Position numbers and translations under genes: made by a program
Assembly (NCBI GenBank): GCA_964022095.1
Contig: CAXHZO010000007.1
Span: 25,527 to 89,526 of the forward strand
Origin: an uncultured Arcobacteraceae bacterium
GTDB taxonomy: Bacteria; Campylobacterota; Campylobacteria; Campylobacterales; Arcobacteraceae
Direction: 5' to 3'
Length of the DNA stretch: 64,000 nucleotides
Part shown: piece after piece, positions 10,778-21,495 of the stretch
How the letters are laid out: every line of letters begins with the position of its first letter
How positions within the stretch are numbered: the first letter of the stretch is position 1
Notes under the pieces: generated by a model
Seen by the model: the letters and a program-made list of their open reading frames with translations, nothing else
Database searches by the model: none
Told to the model about the DNA's origin: nothing

Positions 10778-11566
10778 ATGTGTAAAGATTGCGGTTGTAG
10801 TATAACAGACCATCACCACCACGATCATGACCATAGTCATGACCATGCACACTCACATGATAGTGCTTCACATCAAGCAGCTCATGAAACACTTCATCAT
10901 AACCCTCAATTAAATGATGCAAAGACAGTTTCAGTAATCAAAAAAATTCTTGATAAAAATGACCATGAAGCTTCTCACAACAGAGCTCATTTTGATAACC
11001 ACAAAGTTTTAGGAATAAACTTAATGTCAAGTCCAGGTAGTGGTAAGACTACTTTACTAGAGCATATGGCTGATTTAGTTGATTTTAAATATGGTGTTGT
11101 TGAAGGTGATTTAGAAACAAATAGAGATGCTGATAGATTAATTGCAAAAGATATTAAAGCAGTTCAAATTCAAACTGGTAGTGCATGTCATTTAGATGCG
11201 TTTATGGTCCATAAAGGTTTACATGATATGCCTTTAGATGATTTAGATGTATGTTTTGTAGAAAATGTAGGAAATTTAGTTTGTCCCGCTTCTTATGATG
11301 TAGGAACGCATTTAAATATAGTACTTGTAAGTGTACCAGAGGGTGAAGATAAGATTGCTAAATATCCAGTTATGTTTAGAGCAGCAGATTTAATACTTAT
11401 TACAAAAACTGATTTACTTCCATACTTTGAATATGATATAGAAAAAGAAAAAGCAGAAGCTAGAAAACTAAAACCAAATGTAGATATCTTAGAAGTAAGT
11501 ACAAAAGATAAAGATTCAATGCAAGCAGTTGTTGATTGGATTAATTTTAAAAGAAAGATGAGATAG
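10778..11566 (+). CDS. hypB: Hydrogenase nickel-incorporation GTPase with His-rich N-terminus
   Basis: MCKDCGC, His tract, SSPGSGKTT, CHLDA, ENVGNLVCP, TKTD. Confidence 0.97.
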   Translation: MCKDCGCSITDHHHHDHDHSHDHAHSHDSASHQAAHETLHHNPQLNDAKTVSVIKKILDKNDHEASHNRAHFDNHKVLGINLMSSPGSGKTTLLEHMADLVDFKYGVVEGDLETNRDADRLIAKDIKAVQIQTGSACHLDAFMVHKGLHDMPLDDLDVCFVENVGNLVCPASYDVGTHLNIVLVSVPEGEDKIAKYPVMFRAADLILITKTDLLPYFEYDIEKEKAEARKLKPNVDILEVSTKDKDSMQAVVDWINFKRKMR

Positions 11567-11570
11567 TAAT

Positions 11571-11852
11571 ATGTGTTTATCAATACCTTCAAAAATTAAA
11601 AGTATAGATACGCAAATGAATACTTGTGTAGTAGATACTATGGGAGTTGAAAGAAGTGCTAGTTTAGATTTAATAGATAAAGAAGTACAAATAGGGGATT
11701 ATGTATTAATTCATATTGGTTTTGCTATGAATAAGATTGATGAAGAGGATGCCTTAGAGTCACTAAAAGTCTATCAAGAGATAATTGATAAGATGGAAGA
11801 AGAAGATCGCTTAGCAGCAATTGAAGAATCTGATAATTGTCCCAATAGATAA
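11571..11852 (+). CDS. hypC: Hydrogenase maturation chaperone
   Basis: MCLSIP N-terminus, GDYVLIHIGFA. Confidence 0.97.
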   Translation: MCLSIPSKIKSIDTQMNTCVVDTMGVERSASLDLIDKEVQIGDYVLIHIGFAMNKIDEEDALESLKVYQEIIDKMEEEDRLAAIEESDNCPNR

Positions 11853-11863
11853 GTAGAAATATT

Positions 11864-12988
11864 ATGGAAAAAGAACTACAACTAAAAGATTTGTATGATG
11901 GTTTTAGAGATCCTAAAACTATTAAAGCATATAAACAAATAATAGATAAAGATTTAGAAAATTATGATGGAATCATAAATATTATGGAAGTATGTGGTGG
12001 TCATACTCATACTATTATGAAATATGGTATCCCTCAATTGTTAAATAAAAAAATAAACTTTATTCATGGACCAGGATGTCCAGTTTGTGTTATGCCAAAA
12101 GATAGAATTGATAGTGCATACGAATTAAGCTTACAAGAAGATGTGATACTTGTAACACTTGGGGATATGATTAAAGTACCTGGTAGTAAAGGAAGCTTAC
12201 AAAAAGCAAGAAGCCAAGGTGCTGATGTAAGGTTTGTTTACTCACCTATGGATTGTATTAAAATAGCCCAAGAAAATCCATCTAAAACTATAGTATTTTT
12301 TGCAATAGGATTTGAAACAACTACACCAATGACTTGTTCTTTATTAGAGCAAGTAATAAAACAAGAAATTCCAAATATTTTATTTCATATAAATCATATT
12401 ACAGTTCCAGAAGTAATGAGAGTATTAGTTCAAAGTGATGATTGTAAAATAGATTCTTTTTTAGGCCCTTCTCACGTAAGTGTTATAAGTGGAAGTAAGA
12501 TATATGAAGAGTTCCCTAAAGATTACAATAAGCCAGTTGTAGTAGCAGGGTTTGAGCCAGTTGATGTTATGCAAGCTATATCTATGACAGTTAAGCAGTT
12601 TATTGAAAATAGAAGTGATTTAGAAGTAGAGTACAAAAGGCTTGTATCATATGAGGGTAATTTAAAAGCTCAAGAAAAAATAGAAAAGTTCTTTAAAAAA
12701 GTACCTTTTAAATTTAGAGGTGTAGGTGAAGTTGAAAATAGTGGTTATGAACTTAAAGATGAATATAGTAAATATAACGCAAAAATAGTTTATAAAGATG
12801 TATTACCTACAAAAGAAGTAAAAGAAAACAAAGCATGTAAATGTCCAGAGATCTTAAAAGGGGTTGCAAAACCTACAGATTGTAAGATATTTGGGACTGT
12901 ATGTACTCCTACAAATCCAATTGGATCATGTATGGTAAGTAGTGAAGGTGCTTGTAGTGCTTATTATAAATATGGAAACTTAATATAG
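11864..12988 (+). CDS. hypD: Hydrogenase maturation protein
   Basis: MEVCGGHT, GPGCPVC, GFETT, PSHVS, C-terminal Fe-S cysteines CMVSSEGAC. Confidence 0.97.
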   Translation: MEKELQLKDLYDGFRDPKTIKAYKQIIDKDLENYDGIINIMEVCGGHTHTIMKYGIPQLLNKKINFIHGPGCPVCVMPKDRIDSAYELSLQEDVILVTLGDMIKVPGSKGSLQKARSQGADVRFVYSPMDCIKIAQENPSKTIVFFAIGFETTTPMTCSLLEQVIKQEIPNILFHINHITVPEVMRVLVQSDDCKIDSFLGPSHVSVISGSKIYEEFPKDYNKPVVVAGFEPVDVMQAISMTVKQFIENRSDLEVEYKRLVSYEGNLKAQEKIEKFFKKVPFKFRGVGEVENSGYELKDEYSKYNAKIVYKDVLPTKEVKENKACKCPEILKGVAKPTDCKIFGTVCTPTNPIGSCMVSSEGACSAYYKYGNLI

Positions 12989-13031
12989 TATTTAAAAATA
13001 AGTACTTTTAATATATATTTTATATGACCAA

Positions 13032-13040
13032 TGTTAGAAT
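13032..13040 (+). promoter_or_regulatory. Extended -10 (TGtTAGAAT) for the inserted ATPase gene
   Basis: TG-n-TAGAAT 36 nt before the ATG; AAGG RBS at 13067-13070. Confidence 0.5.
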
Positions 13041-13076
13041 ACTAAAAGTACTAAAAAATAAATACTAAGGTATAAA

Positions 13077-14174
13077 ATGAAATCGCCATTTCCATATGAG
13101 ACAATAGCTCAGAGTTCAACCTTCTATGGCAGAGATAAAGAACTAGAATCTTTAGGTAAATATATCAAGACATCAAACAATATATTAATTCATTCAAAAA
13201 GAAGAATGGGTAAAAGTACACTAATACAAGAGTTGTTTAGAAGAGTATCTACTGATTATTCTTGTATATACTGTGATATATTTGATATTACTTCAAAAGA
13301 GGATTTTGCGAAGTTATTATTAAAATCAATATCTAATATAGAACAAAATGATTTTAAAGAGATGTTTAGAAAGTTTAGCTTACTTTTTAAAAGAGTAAGA
13401 GTAGAGCCATCATTTGATCCAAATAGTTCAAAGTTCTCTTTAAAGCCAGTTGTGTCAACTCTTAGTTTTGATGAGATGATGGAAGATTTCTTTATAGCCT
13501 TAGAGCAAATATCTAGTGAAAGAAAAGTAATATTTGCAATAGATGAGTTTCAGCAAATATCACTTATTGGAGATATTAAAATAGATGCACTTTTAAGAAA
13601 GTATATGCAAAATACTCAAAATGTATCTTGGGTATTTTTAGGTTCAAAAAGACATCTATTAACTTCACTATTTGAATATAAAGCACCACTATATGAAATG
13701 GCAACTCATTTTGAATTACAACCTTTAGAAATAATGGAAGTATATGAGTATGTGTCAAAGCATTTAAATATCAATTATGAGTTAGTTAAGTATATATATG
13801 AAAGAAGTGATAGTGAAACAAAATTATTACAAAATATATGTCATATCTTGTGGTTAGAACAAAAAGATAAAGAGATAAAAAAAGAGTTCATTGATGAGGT
13901 TATACAACAAATCATAAATTCTAAAGAGTCAAGCTATAGACTAATATACGATATGTTAAATAACAATCAAAAAATAGCACTTAAAATTCTTGCTAAGTAT
14001 AAAAAGAAAATATACACACAAGAGGTATTAGATGAGTTTAATATCAAAAAACAAACACTACAATCATCACTAAAAGCTTTATTTGATAGAGAGATTGTAG
14101 ATAAAAATAGTGAAGACATATATATACCAGATAGAACTTTAGAGTTATGGTTAGAAAATAGATTTAATGATTAA
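13077..14174 (+). CDS. AAA ATPase of the archaeal-type ATPase_2 family with probable C-terminal winged helix
   Basis: PF..FYGRDKE, Walker A SKRRMGKST, Walker B IDEFQ, sensor FLGS, C-terminal SSLKALFDREIV..YIPD. Confidence 0.8.
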   Translation: MKSPFPYETIAQSSTFYGRDKELESLGKYIKTSNNILIHSKRRMGKSTLIQELFRRVSTDYSCIYCDIFDITSKEDFAKLLLKSISNIEQNDFKEMFRKFSLLFKRVRVEPSFDPNSSKFSLKPVVSTLSFDEMMEDFFIALEQISSERKVIFAIDEFQQISLIGDIKIDALLRKYMQNTQNVSWVFLGSKRHLLTSLFEYKAPLYEMATHFELQPLEIMEVYEYVSKHLNINYELVKYIYERSDSETKLLQNICHILWLEQKDKEIKKEFIDEVIQQIINSKESSYRLIYDMLNNNQKIALKILAKYKKKIYTQEVLDEFNIKKQTLQSSLKALFDREIVDKNSEDIYIPDRTLELWLENRFND

Positions 14175-14189
14175 AAAGGAAAGATATAA

Positions 14190-15185
14190 ATGAAGACTAT
14201 TACATTAGCACATGGTAACGGAGGTGCAGAAAATAATGAACTTATTAGTAAAGTATTTTATAATGCCTTTAAAAATGAGACCTTAGAAAAAAGTGAAGAT
14301 GCAGCTGTTATTCACAATGGTGAACTTGCTTTTAGTACAGATTCATTTACTGTTAGCCCACTTTTTTTTAATGGGGCTGATATTGGAAAACTTGCAGTTT
14401 GTGGAACTTGTAATGACTTAACTATGATGGGAGCAAAACCTAAATACCTAACTTGTAGTGTAATTATAGAAGAGGGCTTTGAAATAGCACAATTAGAGAA
14501 AATAGTTGACTCTATGAAAACTGAGCTAGCAAAAAATGAAGCAATAGTTGTAAGTGGAGATACAAAGGTAGTTCCAAAAGGCGCAGTTGATAAAATCTTT
14601 ATAAATACAACTGGTGTTGGAGAGATTTTATACAAAGGTATTAGCTCAAATAATATCACAACTAATGATGTGATATTAGTAAGTAGAGATATCGGAGCTC
14701 ATGGTGCTACAATATTTACTGCACGTGAAGGAATGGATATAAATTCAAATCTAAAAAGTGATTGTAACTCTTTATATCCACAAGTAAAAGCTTTAATTGA
14801 TTCAGGTATTAAAATAACTGCGCTAAGAGACGCTACAAGAGGTGGAGTTAGTGCAGTTTTGAATGAGTGGGCAAAGCAATCTGATATTTGTATTGAAGTA
14901 GAAGAAGAAAGTATTCCTGTAAGTGATGAGGTAAAAGGAATTTGTGAGATGTTAGGTTTTGAAGCTACAAATCTTGCAAATGAAGGAACTTTTGTACTTG
15001 CAGTTCCTAAAGATGATGCATCAAAAGCAATAGAAGTATTACATACTTTTAATGAAGCAAAAAATGCATGTATAATAGGAAAAGTTACAAGTCAATATGA
15101 TAAAAAAGTAGTATTAAACTCTTCATGGGGTACAAAAAGATTCTTAGATACACCAACTGGTGAATTACTTCCAAGGATATGTTAG
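14190..15185 (+). CDS. hypE: Carbamoyl dehydratase for hydrogenase maturation
   Basis: LAHGNGG, TDSFTVSP, GDTKV, RDATRGG, terminal PRIC. Confidence 0.97.
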   Translation: MKTITLAHGNGGAENNELISKVFYNAFKNETLEKSEDAAVIHNGELAFSTDSFTVSPLFFNGADIGKLAVCGTCNDLTMMGAKPKYLTCSVIIEEGFEIAQLEKIVDSMKTELAKNEAIVVSGDTKVVPKGAVDKIFINTTGVGEILYKGISSNNITTNDVILVSRDIGAHGATIFTAREGMDINSNLKSDCNSLYPQVKALIDSGIKITALRDATRGGVSAVLNEWAKQSDICIEVEEESIPVSDEVKGICEMLGFEATNLANEGTFVLAVPKDDASKAIEVLHTFNEAKNACIIGKVTSQYDKKVVLNSSWGTKRFLDTPTGELLPRIC

Positions 15186-15527
15186 ATGCACGAATACTCA
15201 ATAGTTCAATCTCTTTTAGAGTCTTGTGAAGAACATGCAAAATCAAATGAAGCTTCAAAAGTTACAAAAGTAGTAGTTAAAATTGGAGTTTTAAGTGGAG
15301 TAGAACCAGATTTATTAAAAACTGCATTTGATACTTTCAAAGAACAAACTGTTTGTCATAATGCAATCTTTGATATGAATATACAGAAGGTTCAAATACT
15401 CTGTCATGATTGTCAAACTACTTCAATACTAGATAAAAATGAATTTTCATGTCCATCTTGTCAAAGTGTAAATGTAGAAGTAAAAGACGGTGAAGATATG
15501 TATCTTATGAGTTTGGAAATGGAATAA
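15186..15527 (+). CDS. hypA: Hydrogenase nickel chaperone
   Basis: MHEYS N-terminus and two CxxC motifs. Confidence 0.97.
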   Translation: MHEYSIVQSLLESCEEHAKSNEASKVTKVVVKIGVLSGVEPDLLKTAFDTFKEQTVCHNAIFDMNIQKVQILCHDCQTTSILDKNEFSCPSCQSVNVEVKDGEDMYLMSLEME

Positions 15528-15624
15528 ATTGACCTTACTATTATTCGATAATTAGAATCAATTTCTTTTCTTTTATTAAAATATGCTACTATAACATGAT
15601 AAGACCTTTAGAAGTAGGTGTGTT

Positions 15625-17527
15625 ATGAAAAAAATAACTTTAGAAAAATTAATATATAAAAACTATTTGAAAACTTCTTTAGCTTCAATTATATTTATTG
15701 AACTAGTTTTAGTCATGACTTATTTTATTGTAAATAATCACATGATAAATAAAACTATTGATTTTATATTAGTAGATTTAAAAAAAAACCACTAATAATA
15801 TAGTTAATGAAAAGTCCAAGATTTTAAATAAAAAACTAGAAAATGTTGAATCCTTATTGTATATTGTACAAAAAGAGCATCAAAACTTTTTTTCAAATAA
15901 AATTAATTTGGTACCTAAAAAAGAGATTGAATATAAATTTGCAAAAAATGGGATGTATTATAAACTTATTGATAATGGTGGCTCTTCTGTTGTTGTATCA
16001 AATGAGACTAAAATAGATGACTCTTTAAAAACAGAATTACAAAACAGTGAGTTTTTTGATACTACATTTAAAACAATAGTTAATCATGATAAAGATTTTG
16101 TAGCAATTTATTTTAATTCTTATAAAAATTATAATAGATACTATCCTTTTTTAAATAATGTTTATGAAGTCTTTCCATCAGATATAACTATGACAGACTA
16201 TAATTTTTATTATTTAGCTAATGAAATAAATAATCCTGAAAAAAAAGTTATATGGACTGATATATATTTAGATCCGGCAAAAAAAGGTTGGTTAATTAGT
16301 GCCATTGCACCAATTTATGATAACAATAACAAACTTCAAGGGGTTACGGGCCTTGATATTACTTTAAATAACTTTTTAAACAGTTTTTTAGATTTAGATT
16401 TACCTTATGATGGGCAAACTTTAGTAATAAATGAGAATAAAGAAATCATTCTTATGCAAGAAGGTTTAAATAAAATTTTCGATTCTAATTTTATTAAAAC
16501 ATACAATTATAAAATTGATGAAAAAGTTTCTCAAACAATAATAAAAAAAGAGAATATAGATATAAATAGTGAAGGTTTCAATGAGTTTAAAGTATTTTTA
16601 TCTAATCTTGGAAAGAATAAAAACTATAGCAGTCAAATAAAAATAAAAGATAAAGAGTATATTGTCTTTTCTGAAAAAATAGAAAAAGCACCATGGCATG
16701 TTATTTCATTTTTACAAAAAGATAAAATTACTTCAAATGTAAATACTTTAGAAAAAGATTATAAAATGATTGGGATAAGTATGATACTACTTATAATTGT
16801 ATTTTATTTAGGATTTTTTGTTTTCTTAAGCAAAAAGGCAAAAGAGTTTGTTCTAATGATTGAAAAGCCATTGAAAGAGATAATTACATTAAGTAATAAG
16901 ATACTAGAAACAAACAAAATAAAGAGATTCAAACCAACTGGAATAATAGACTTAGATATTTTAATTAATAACTTTAATAAATTAGTGATATCTCTAAATT
17001 ATAAAACTAAAAAACTAATTGAAGAAGAATCAAAAAGAATTTTTAATGAAAAACTAGCCAATACTGATGTTTTAACTGGTTGTTTCAATAGAAGGTATTT
17101 AATTGATTTTTCAATTGAATATTTAAAAATTGTAAAAAGAAAAAAACTTTCTATGAGTATTATGATGTTAGATTTGGATGATTTTAAATATATAAACGAT
17201 ACTTTTGGGCATAGCACAGGAGATAAAGTTTTAATAGATTTTGTCAAACTAATTAAACAAAATATTAGAGAAAATGACTTGATAGTTAGATTAGGAGGAG
17301 ATGAGTTTTTAGTTTTACTACCTAACACAAATATCAATGATGCAAAAATTGTTGCACAAAAAATATTAAGTAATCTTAGTAAAGAAAATATCAAGAGTGA
17401 GTTTAAAGTTAATACTAGTATTGGAATTGCAAAATATGAAGGAGATACTACAATTAATACAATTATTTCAAGAGCTGATAATGCACTGTATCAAGCTAAA
17501 AGTTCTGGTAAGAATTGTATTGTTTAG
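15625..17527 (+). pseudogene. Membrane dCache-sensor diguanylate cyclase, frameshifted in an A9 tract (real mutation or sequence error)
   Basis: ATG at 15625 (after AGGTG) encodes a TM helix and stops at 15795. The +1 frame continues into a Cache domain (WTDIYLDPAKKGW), a second TM helix and RLGGDEF. Removing one A at 15780-15788 gives a 633-aa ORF. Confidence 0.8.
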
Positions 17528-17624
17528 TTTAATATATAATTTATGAACAACTTATATTCTTTTTTCATTTTATTTATAGTTTTTTTAAGATAAAATATTA
17601 TTATAAAAATATAAAGGATTATTA

Positions 17625-18743
17625 ATGAAAAAACTTTTAAGTATTGCTCTTGCATCTGCTTTAACCTGTTCATTTGCTATGTCAAAAGAAGTTAAGATTG
17701 GTGTTATTATGCCAATGTCAGGACCAATTGGTGGATTTGGACAAAGTGCTGTTGAAGGTTTGAATGTTGCTCATGAAATGCAACCAAAATTAAAAAATGG
17801 TGATGATATTAAATTAGTTTTAATTGATAACAAGTCTGATAAAATTGAATCTGCAAATGGAGTAAGTAAACTAATTTCTTCAGATAAAGTAACTGCAATT
17901 ATAGGTGCACTTACATCTACAAACACAATGGCAATGACTAAAATTGCAGAAAATGCAAAAGTTCCAGTTGTTGCTCCAGTTGCTACTAATATTTTAGTAA
18001 CAAAAAGAAAAGATTTTATTTCAAGAGTTTGTTTTTCTGATGCATTCCAAGGTGAAGTTGCTGCAAATTTTGCAATAAAAAATTTAAAAGCTAAAAATGT
18101 TGTTTTAATCACTGATGTAAAACTTGATTATTCAATTGGAATTTCAAAAGTATTTAAAAGAGCTTTTAAATCATTAGATGGAAAACTTTTACAACAAGCA
18201 AGAATTAACTCTGGCGATACTGATTTTAAGGCAATGTTATCTAATATTAAAAAGTTAAACCCTGAATTGATTTTCTTCCCAATTTACTCTGCTGAAGCAG
18301 GACTTATTGCAAAACAAGCAAAACAATTAGGAATTACTGCAAAATTCTTAGGTACTGATGGTATGACTGCTGATGATGTATTTTTTAAAGTAGGTGGAGA
18401 TGCAGTTGAAGGATTCTATGCAACTGACCTTTACTCTCCAAGTGCTCCAAAAACAACTGACCTTTCAAAAGAGTATGAAAAAGCATACAAAGCTAAGTTA
18501 AATAAAGATGTTCACCCATTTGGTGTATTATCTGCTGATTCTTACAATGTAATTGTATCTGCAATGAACAAATGTGAAGACCCAACTGATTCTGTATGTG
18601 TTAATAAAAACATTAGAGCAACAAAAGACTTCAAAGGTGCATCTGGTGTGATTACATTAGAAAATGGTGATGCTGTAAGATCAGCTGTAATTAACCAAAT
18701 CAAAAATGGTTCAAAAACTTATTTAACTACTGTTAATCCTTAA
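17625..18743 (+). CDS. Branched-chain amino acid ABC substrate-binding protein (LivJ/LivK family)
   Basis: Signal peptide, VKIGVIMPMSG, SRVCFSDAFQG; first gene of the liv cluster. Confidence 0.9.
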   Translation: MKKLLSIALASALTCSFAMSKEVKIGVIMPMSGPIGGFGQSAVEGLNVAHEMQPKLKNGDDIKLVLIDNKSDKIESANGVSKLISSDKVTAIIGALTSTNTMAMTKIAENAKVPVVAPVATNILVTKRKDFISRVCFSDAFQGEVAANFAIKNLKAKNVVLITDVKLDYSIGISKVFKRAFKSLDGKLLQQARINSGDTDFKAMLSNIKKLNPELIFFPIYSAEAGLIAKQAKQLGITAKFLGTDGMTADDVFFKVGGDAVEGFYATDLYSPSAPKTTDLSKEYEKAYKAKLNKDVHPFGVLSADSYNVIVSAMNKCEDPTDSVCVNKNIRATKDFKGASGVITLENGDAVRSAVINQIKNGSKTYLTTVNP

Positions 18744-18765
18744 TATTGGTATTAAATAAAAACTT

Positions 18766-18797
18766 AAAAGGCTTTATATTTTATAAAGCCTTTTTTT
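18766..18797 (+). terminator. Hairpin plus U-tract after the binding-protein gene (terminator or attenuator)
   Basis: AAAAGGCTTTATA-ttt-TATAAAGCCTTTT followed by further Ts. Confidence 0.75.
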
Positions 18798-18818
18798 CTA
18801 TAAAAAATTAGGAGACAA

Positions 18819-19715
18819 ATGGATTTTTTAACACTTATTCAACAGTTTATAAATGGAATAAGTCTTGGAAGTATGTACGCATTAATAGCTATTGGTTATA
18901 CAATGGTGTATGGAGTTCTAAGACTTATAAACTTTGCTCACGCAGATATAATGATGGTTGGTGCTTTCTCTGCATTTTTTGCAGCAAGTACTTTTGAATT
19001 ATCATTTAGTGTAAGTATTCTTTTTGCGATTGCAACATCTGTTATTATTGGTATTTTAACTGATAAAATCGCATATAAACCACTTAGAAATTCTCCAAGA
19101 ATTTCTTTATTGATCACTGCTATTGGTGTATCTTTCTTTTTAGAAAATATTGTAAATGTTACATTTGGAGGTACTCCAAAATCTTTTACTGCACCAGAAT
19201 TTTTTGATCAAACATTTACAATTGGAACAGCTATTTTGACTCCAACAGTTATTATAGTTCCTGTTATTACAATGATTTTATTAGCAATACTATTATTTAT
19301 ATTATTTAAAACAAAATATGGAGTTGCAATTAGAGCTTTAGCTTTTGACGTAAAAACAGTATCACTTATGGGTGTTGATTCAAATAAAATTATTATGCTT
19401 GTATTTATTATTGGATCTGCACTTGCAGCTATCTCTGGAATATTTTGGGCTATTTCATATCCTATCTTAACTCCATATATGGGTGTTATGATCGGTCTTA
19501 AAGCCTTTGCAGCAGCAGTTTTAGGTGGGATTGGTTCAGTTTCAGGGGCAGTTTTAGGTGGATTTATTTTAGGGTTTACAGAAGTAATGTTTGTGGCACT
19601 TTTCCCTGAAATGGGTGGATATAAAGATGCAATTGCATTTATATTTTTAATTTTTGTATTACTGTTTAAACCAACAGGTATTATGGGAATAAATTTTGAA
19701 AAGAGTAGGTTCTAA
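18819..19715 (+). CDS. livH: BCAA ABC permease
   Basis: GSMYALIAIGYTMVYGVLRLINFAH, KAFAAAVLGGIGS. Confidence 0.93.
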   Translation: MDFLTLIQQFINGISLGSMYALIAIGYTMVYGVLRLINFAHADIMMVGAFSAFFAASTFELSFSVSILFAIATSVIIGILTDKIAYKPLRNSPRISLLITAIGVSFFLENIVNVTFGGTPKSFTAPEFFDQTFTIGTAILTPTVIIVPVITMILLAILLFILFKTKYGVAIRALAFDVKTVSLMGVDSNKIIMLVFIIGSALAAISGIFWAISYPILTPYMGVMIGLKAFAAAVLGGIGSVSGAVLGGFILGFTEVMFVALFPEMGGYKDAIAFIFLIFVLLFKPTGIMGINFEKSRF

Positions 19716-19717
19716 TC

Positions 19718-20731
19718 ATGACTATTAATAAAAATTTTCTAATCTACACATCTTTAAGTGTTTTGTTTTTATTTATAGCGCCATATCTTTTTGATGATTA
19801 TGGAATGAGAATTATAAACAATATTTTTATATTTATAATTTTAGCAGCTTCATATAATCTTATTAATGGTGTTACAGGACAGTTTTCATTAGAACCAAAT
19901 GGTTTTGTAGCAATTGGTGCTTATGTAACTGCTATTTGTTTATTAAGTGAAGATTTAAAGTGGGATTTATATCAACTAGAAGATCCAGCTCCTTGGGTAC
20001 TTGCACTTAATACTTCTTTAGTTCCAGCACTACTACTAAGTGGTATTGTTGCAACAATAGTTGCTGTTTGTTTAGCTGCCCCTGTATTTAGAGTAAGGGG
20101 AGATTATCTAGCTATTGTAACTCTTGGTTTTGGTTTCATTATTAAAGTTATTGCTATTAATCAACCAGAAATTACAAATGGTAGTATTGGATTAAATGAA
20201 ATTCCTGAATTAATCAATGTTTACTGGACAGGTGGAATTGCTATTATTACAGTAATTATTATGTTAAATATAGTTTATTCAAAGTTTGGTAGAGCTATGA
20301 AAGCTGTAAGAGATGATGAAGATGCTGCAAGTGCAATTGGTATTAATACATTTAAAATTAAAACAATGGCATTTGGTACAAGTGCATTTTTTGAAGGAAT
20401 TGGTGGAGGACTATTAGCAGTTCTTCTTACAACAATTTCTCCTGATTTATTTACGTTCTTCTTAACATTCCAACTTCTAATTATAATCGTTCTTGGTGGA
20501 CTTGGTTCTATGACAGGTGCAATTATAGGAACAATATTAGTAATTGGTGGAAGCGAATGGTTAAGATTCTTAGATGCTCCAATGAATCTTTTTGGATACC
20601 AAACAGATGCTCATCCTGGACTTAGAATGGTAGTATTCTCAATAATCTTAATTTTAGTTATGTTATTTGCACGTGAGGGAATTATGGGAAAAAGAGAGTT
20701 AAGTGATATTTTTAAAAGGAAATCAAAATGA
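19718..20731 (+). CDS. livM: BCAA ABC permease
   Basis: RGDYLAIVTLGFG, GRAMKAVRDDEDAA. Confidence 0.93.
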   Translation: MTINKNFLIYTSLSVLFLFIAPYLFDDYGMRIINNIFIFIILAASYNLINGVTGQFSLEPNGFVAIGAYVTAICLLSEDLKWDLYQLEDPAPWVLALNTSLVPALLLSGIVATIVAVCLAAPVFRVRGDYLAIVTLGFGFIIKVIAINQPEITNGSIGLNEIPELINVYWTGGIAIITVIIMLNIVYSKFGRAMKAVRDDEDAASAIGINTFKIKTMAFGTSAFFEGIGGGLLAVLLTTISPDLFTFFLTFQLLIIIVLGGLGSMTGAIIGTILVIGGSEWLRFLDAPMNLFGYQTDAHPGLRMVVFSIILILVMLFAREGIMGKRELSDIFKRKSK

Positions 20732-21495
20732 TTTTAGAGATTAAAAATATTACAAAAAGTTTTGGTGGTGTTGTGGCTATAAATGACACAACATTTCACA
20801 TAAACAAAAATGAAATTTTTGGACTAATTGGACCTAATGGTGCAGGTAAAACAACAATGTTTAATATTATCACAGGTAATTATAAACCCACTTCAGGTGA
20901 AGTTGTTTTAAATGGAAAAAGAATTACAAATAAAAAGAACTATAAAATCGTAAAAGAAGGAATTGCAAGAACATTCCAAAATATTAGACTTTTTTCTTCA
21001 ATGAGTGTTTTAGATAATGTACTTATTGGTTTAGATAGTAGTGCAAAATATACTTATTTAGAGTCTATTTTTAGGTTACCACGATTTTTTTCAAAAGAAA
21101 AACAGATTAAAGATAGAGCAATTGAAATTTTAGATTTTCTAGGGATTGCTCATCAAAAAGATGAATTAGCAACTTCTCTATCTTATGGACAACAAAGAAA
21201 GGTAGAAATAGCAAGAGCATTAGCTACTAATCCTAGTTTACTTTTACTTGATGAACCAGCAGCTGGTATGAACCCAAATGAAACAAAAGAATTAGCACAA
21301 CTTTTATTTGATATTAGAGATAAGTTTGATATTACAATTTTACTCATTGAACATGATATGAAGTTTGTAAACCACTTATGTGATAGGGTTATGGTTTTAG
21401 ATTATGGTAAGACTATTTTTGAAGGTCATATTGAAGATGCCATAAAAGATGAAGAGGTTATTAAAGCCTATCTTGGAGATTTTAAACATGCTTAA
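20728..21495 (+). CDS. livG: BCAA ABC ATPase
   Basis: GPNGAGKTT, ARTFQNIRLF, LSYGQQR, LDEPAAG. Confidence 0.93.
   Translation: MILEIKNITKSFGGVVAINDTTFHINKNEIFGLIGPNGAGKTTMFNIITGNYKPTSGEVVLNGKRITNKKNYKIVKEGIARTFQNIRLFSSMSVLDNVLIGLDSSAKYTYLESIFRLPRFFSKEKQIKDRAIEILDFLGIAHQKDELATSLSYGQQRKVEIARALATNPSLLLLDEPAAGMNPNETKELAQLLFDIRDKFDITILLIEHDMKFVNHLCDRVMVLDYGKTIFEGHIEDAIKDEEVIKAYLGDFKHA

Noticed and set aside
15857-17527. Intact 556-aa diguanylate cyclase starting at TTG 15857
   Set aside because: It would lack the first TM helix needed to export the Cache domain; that helix is encoded upstream in another frame.
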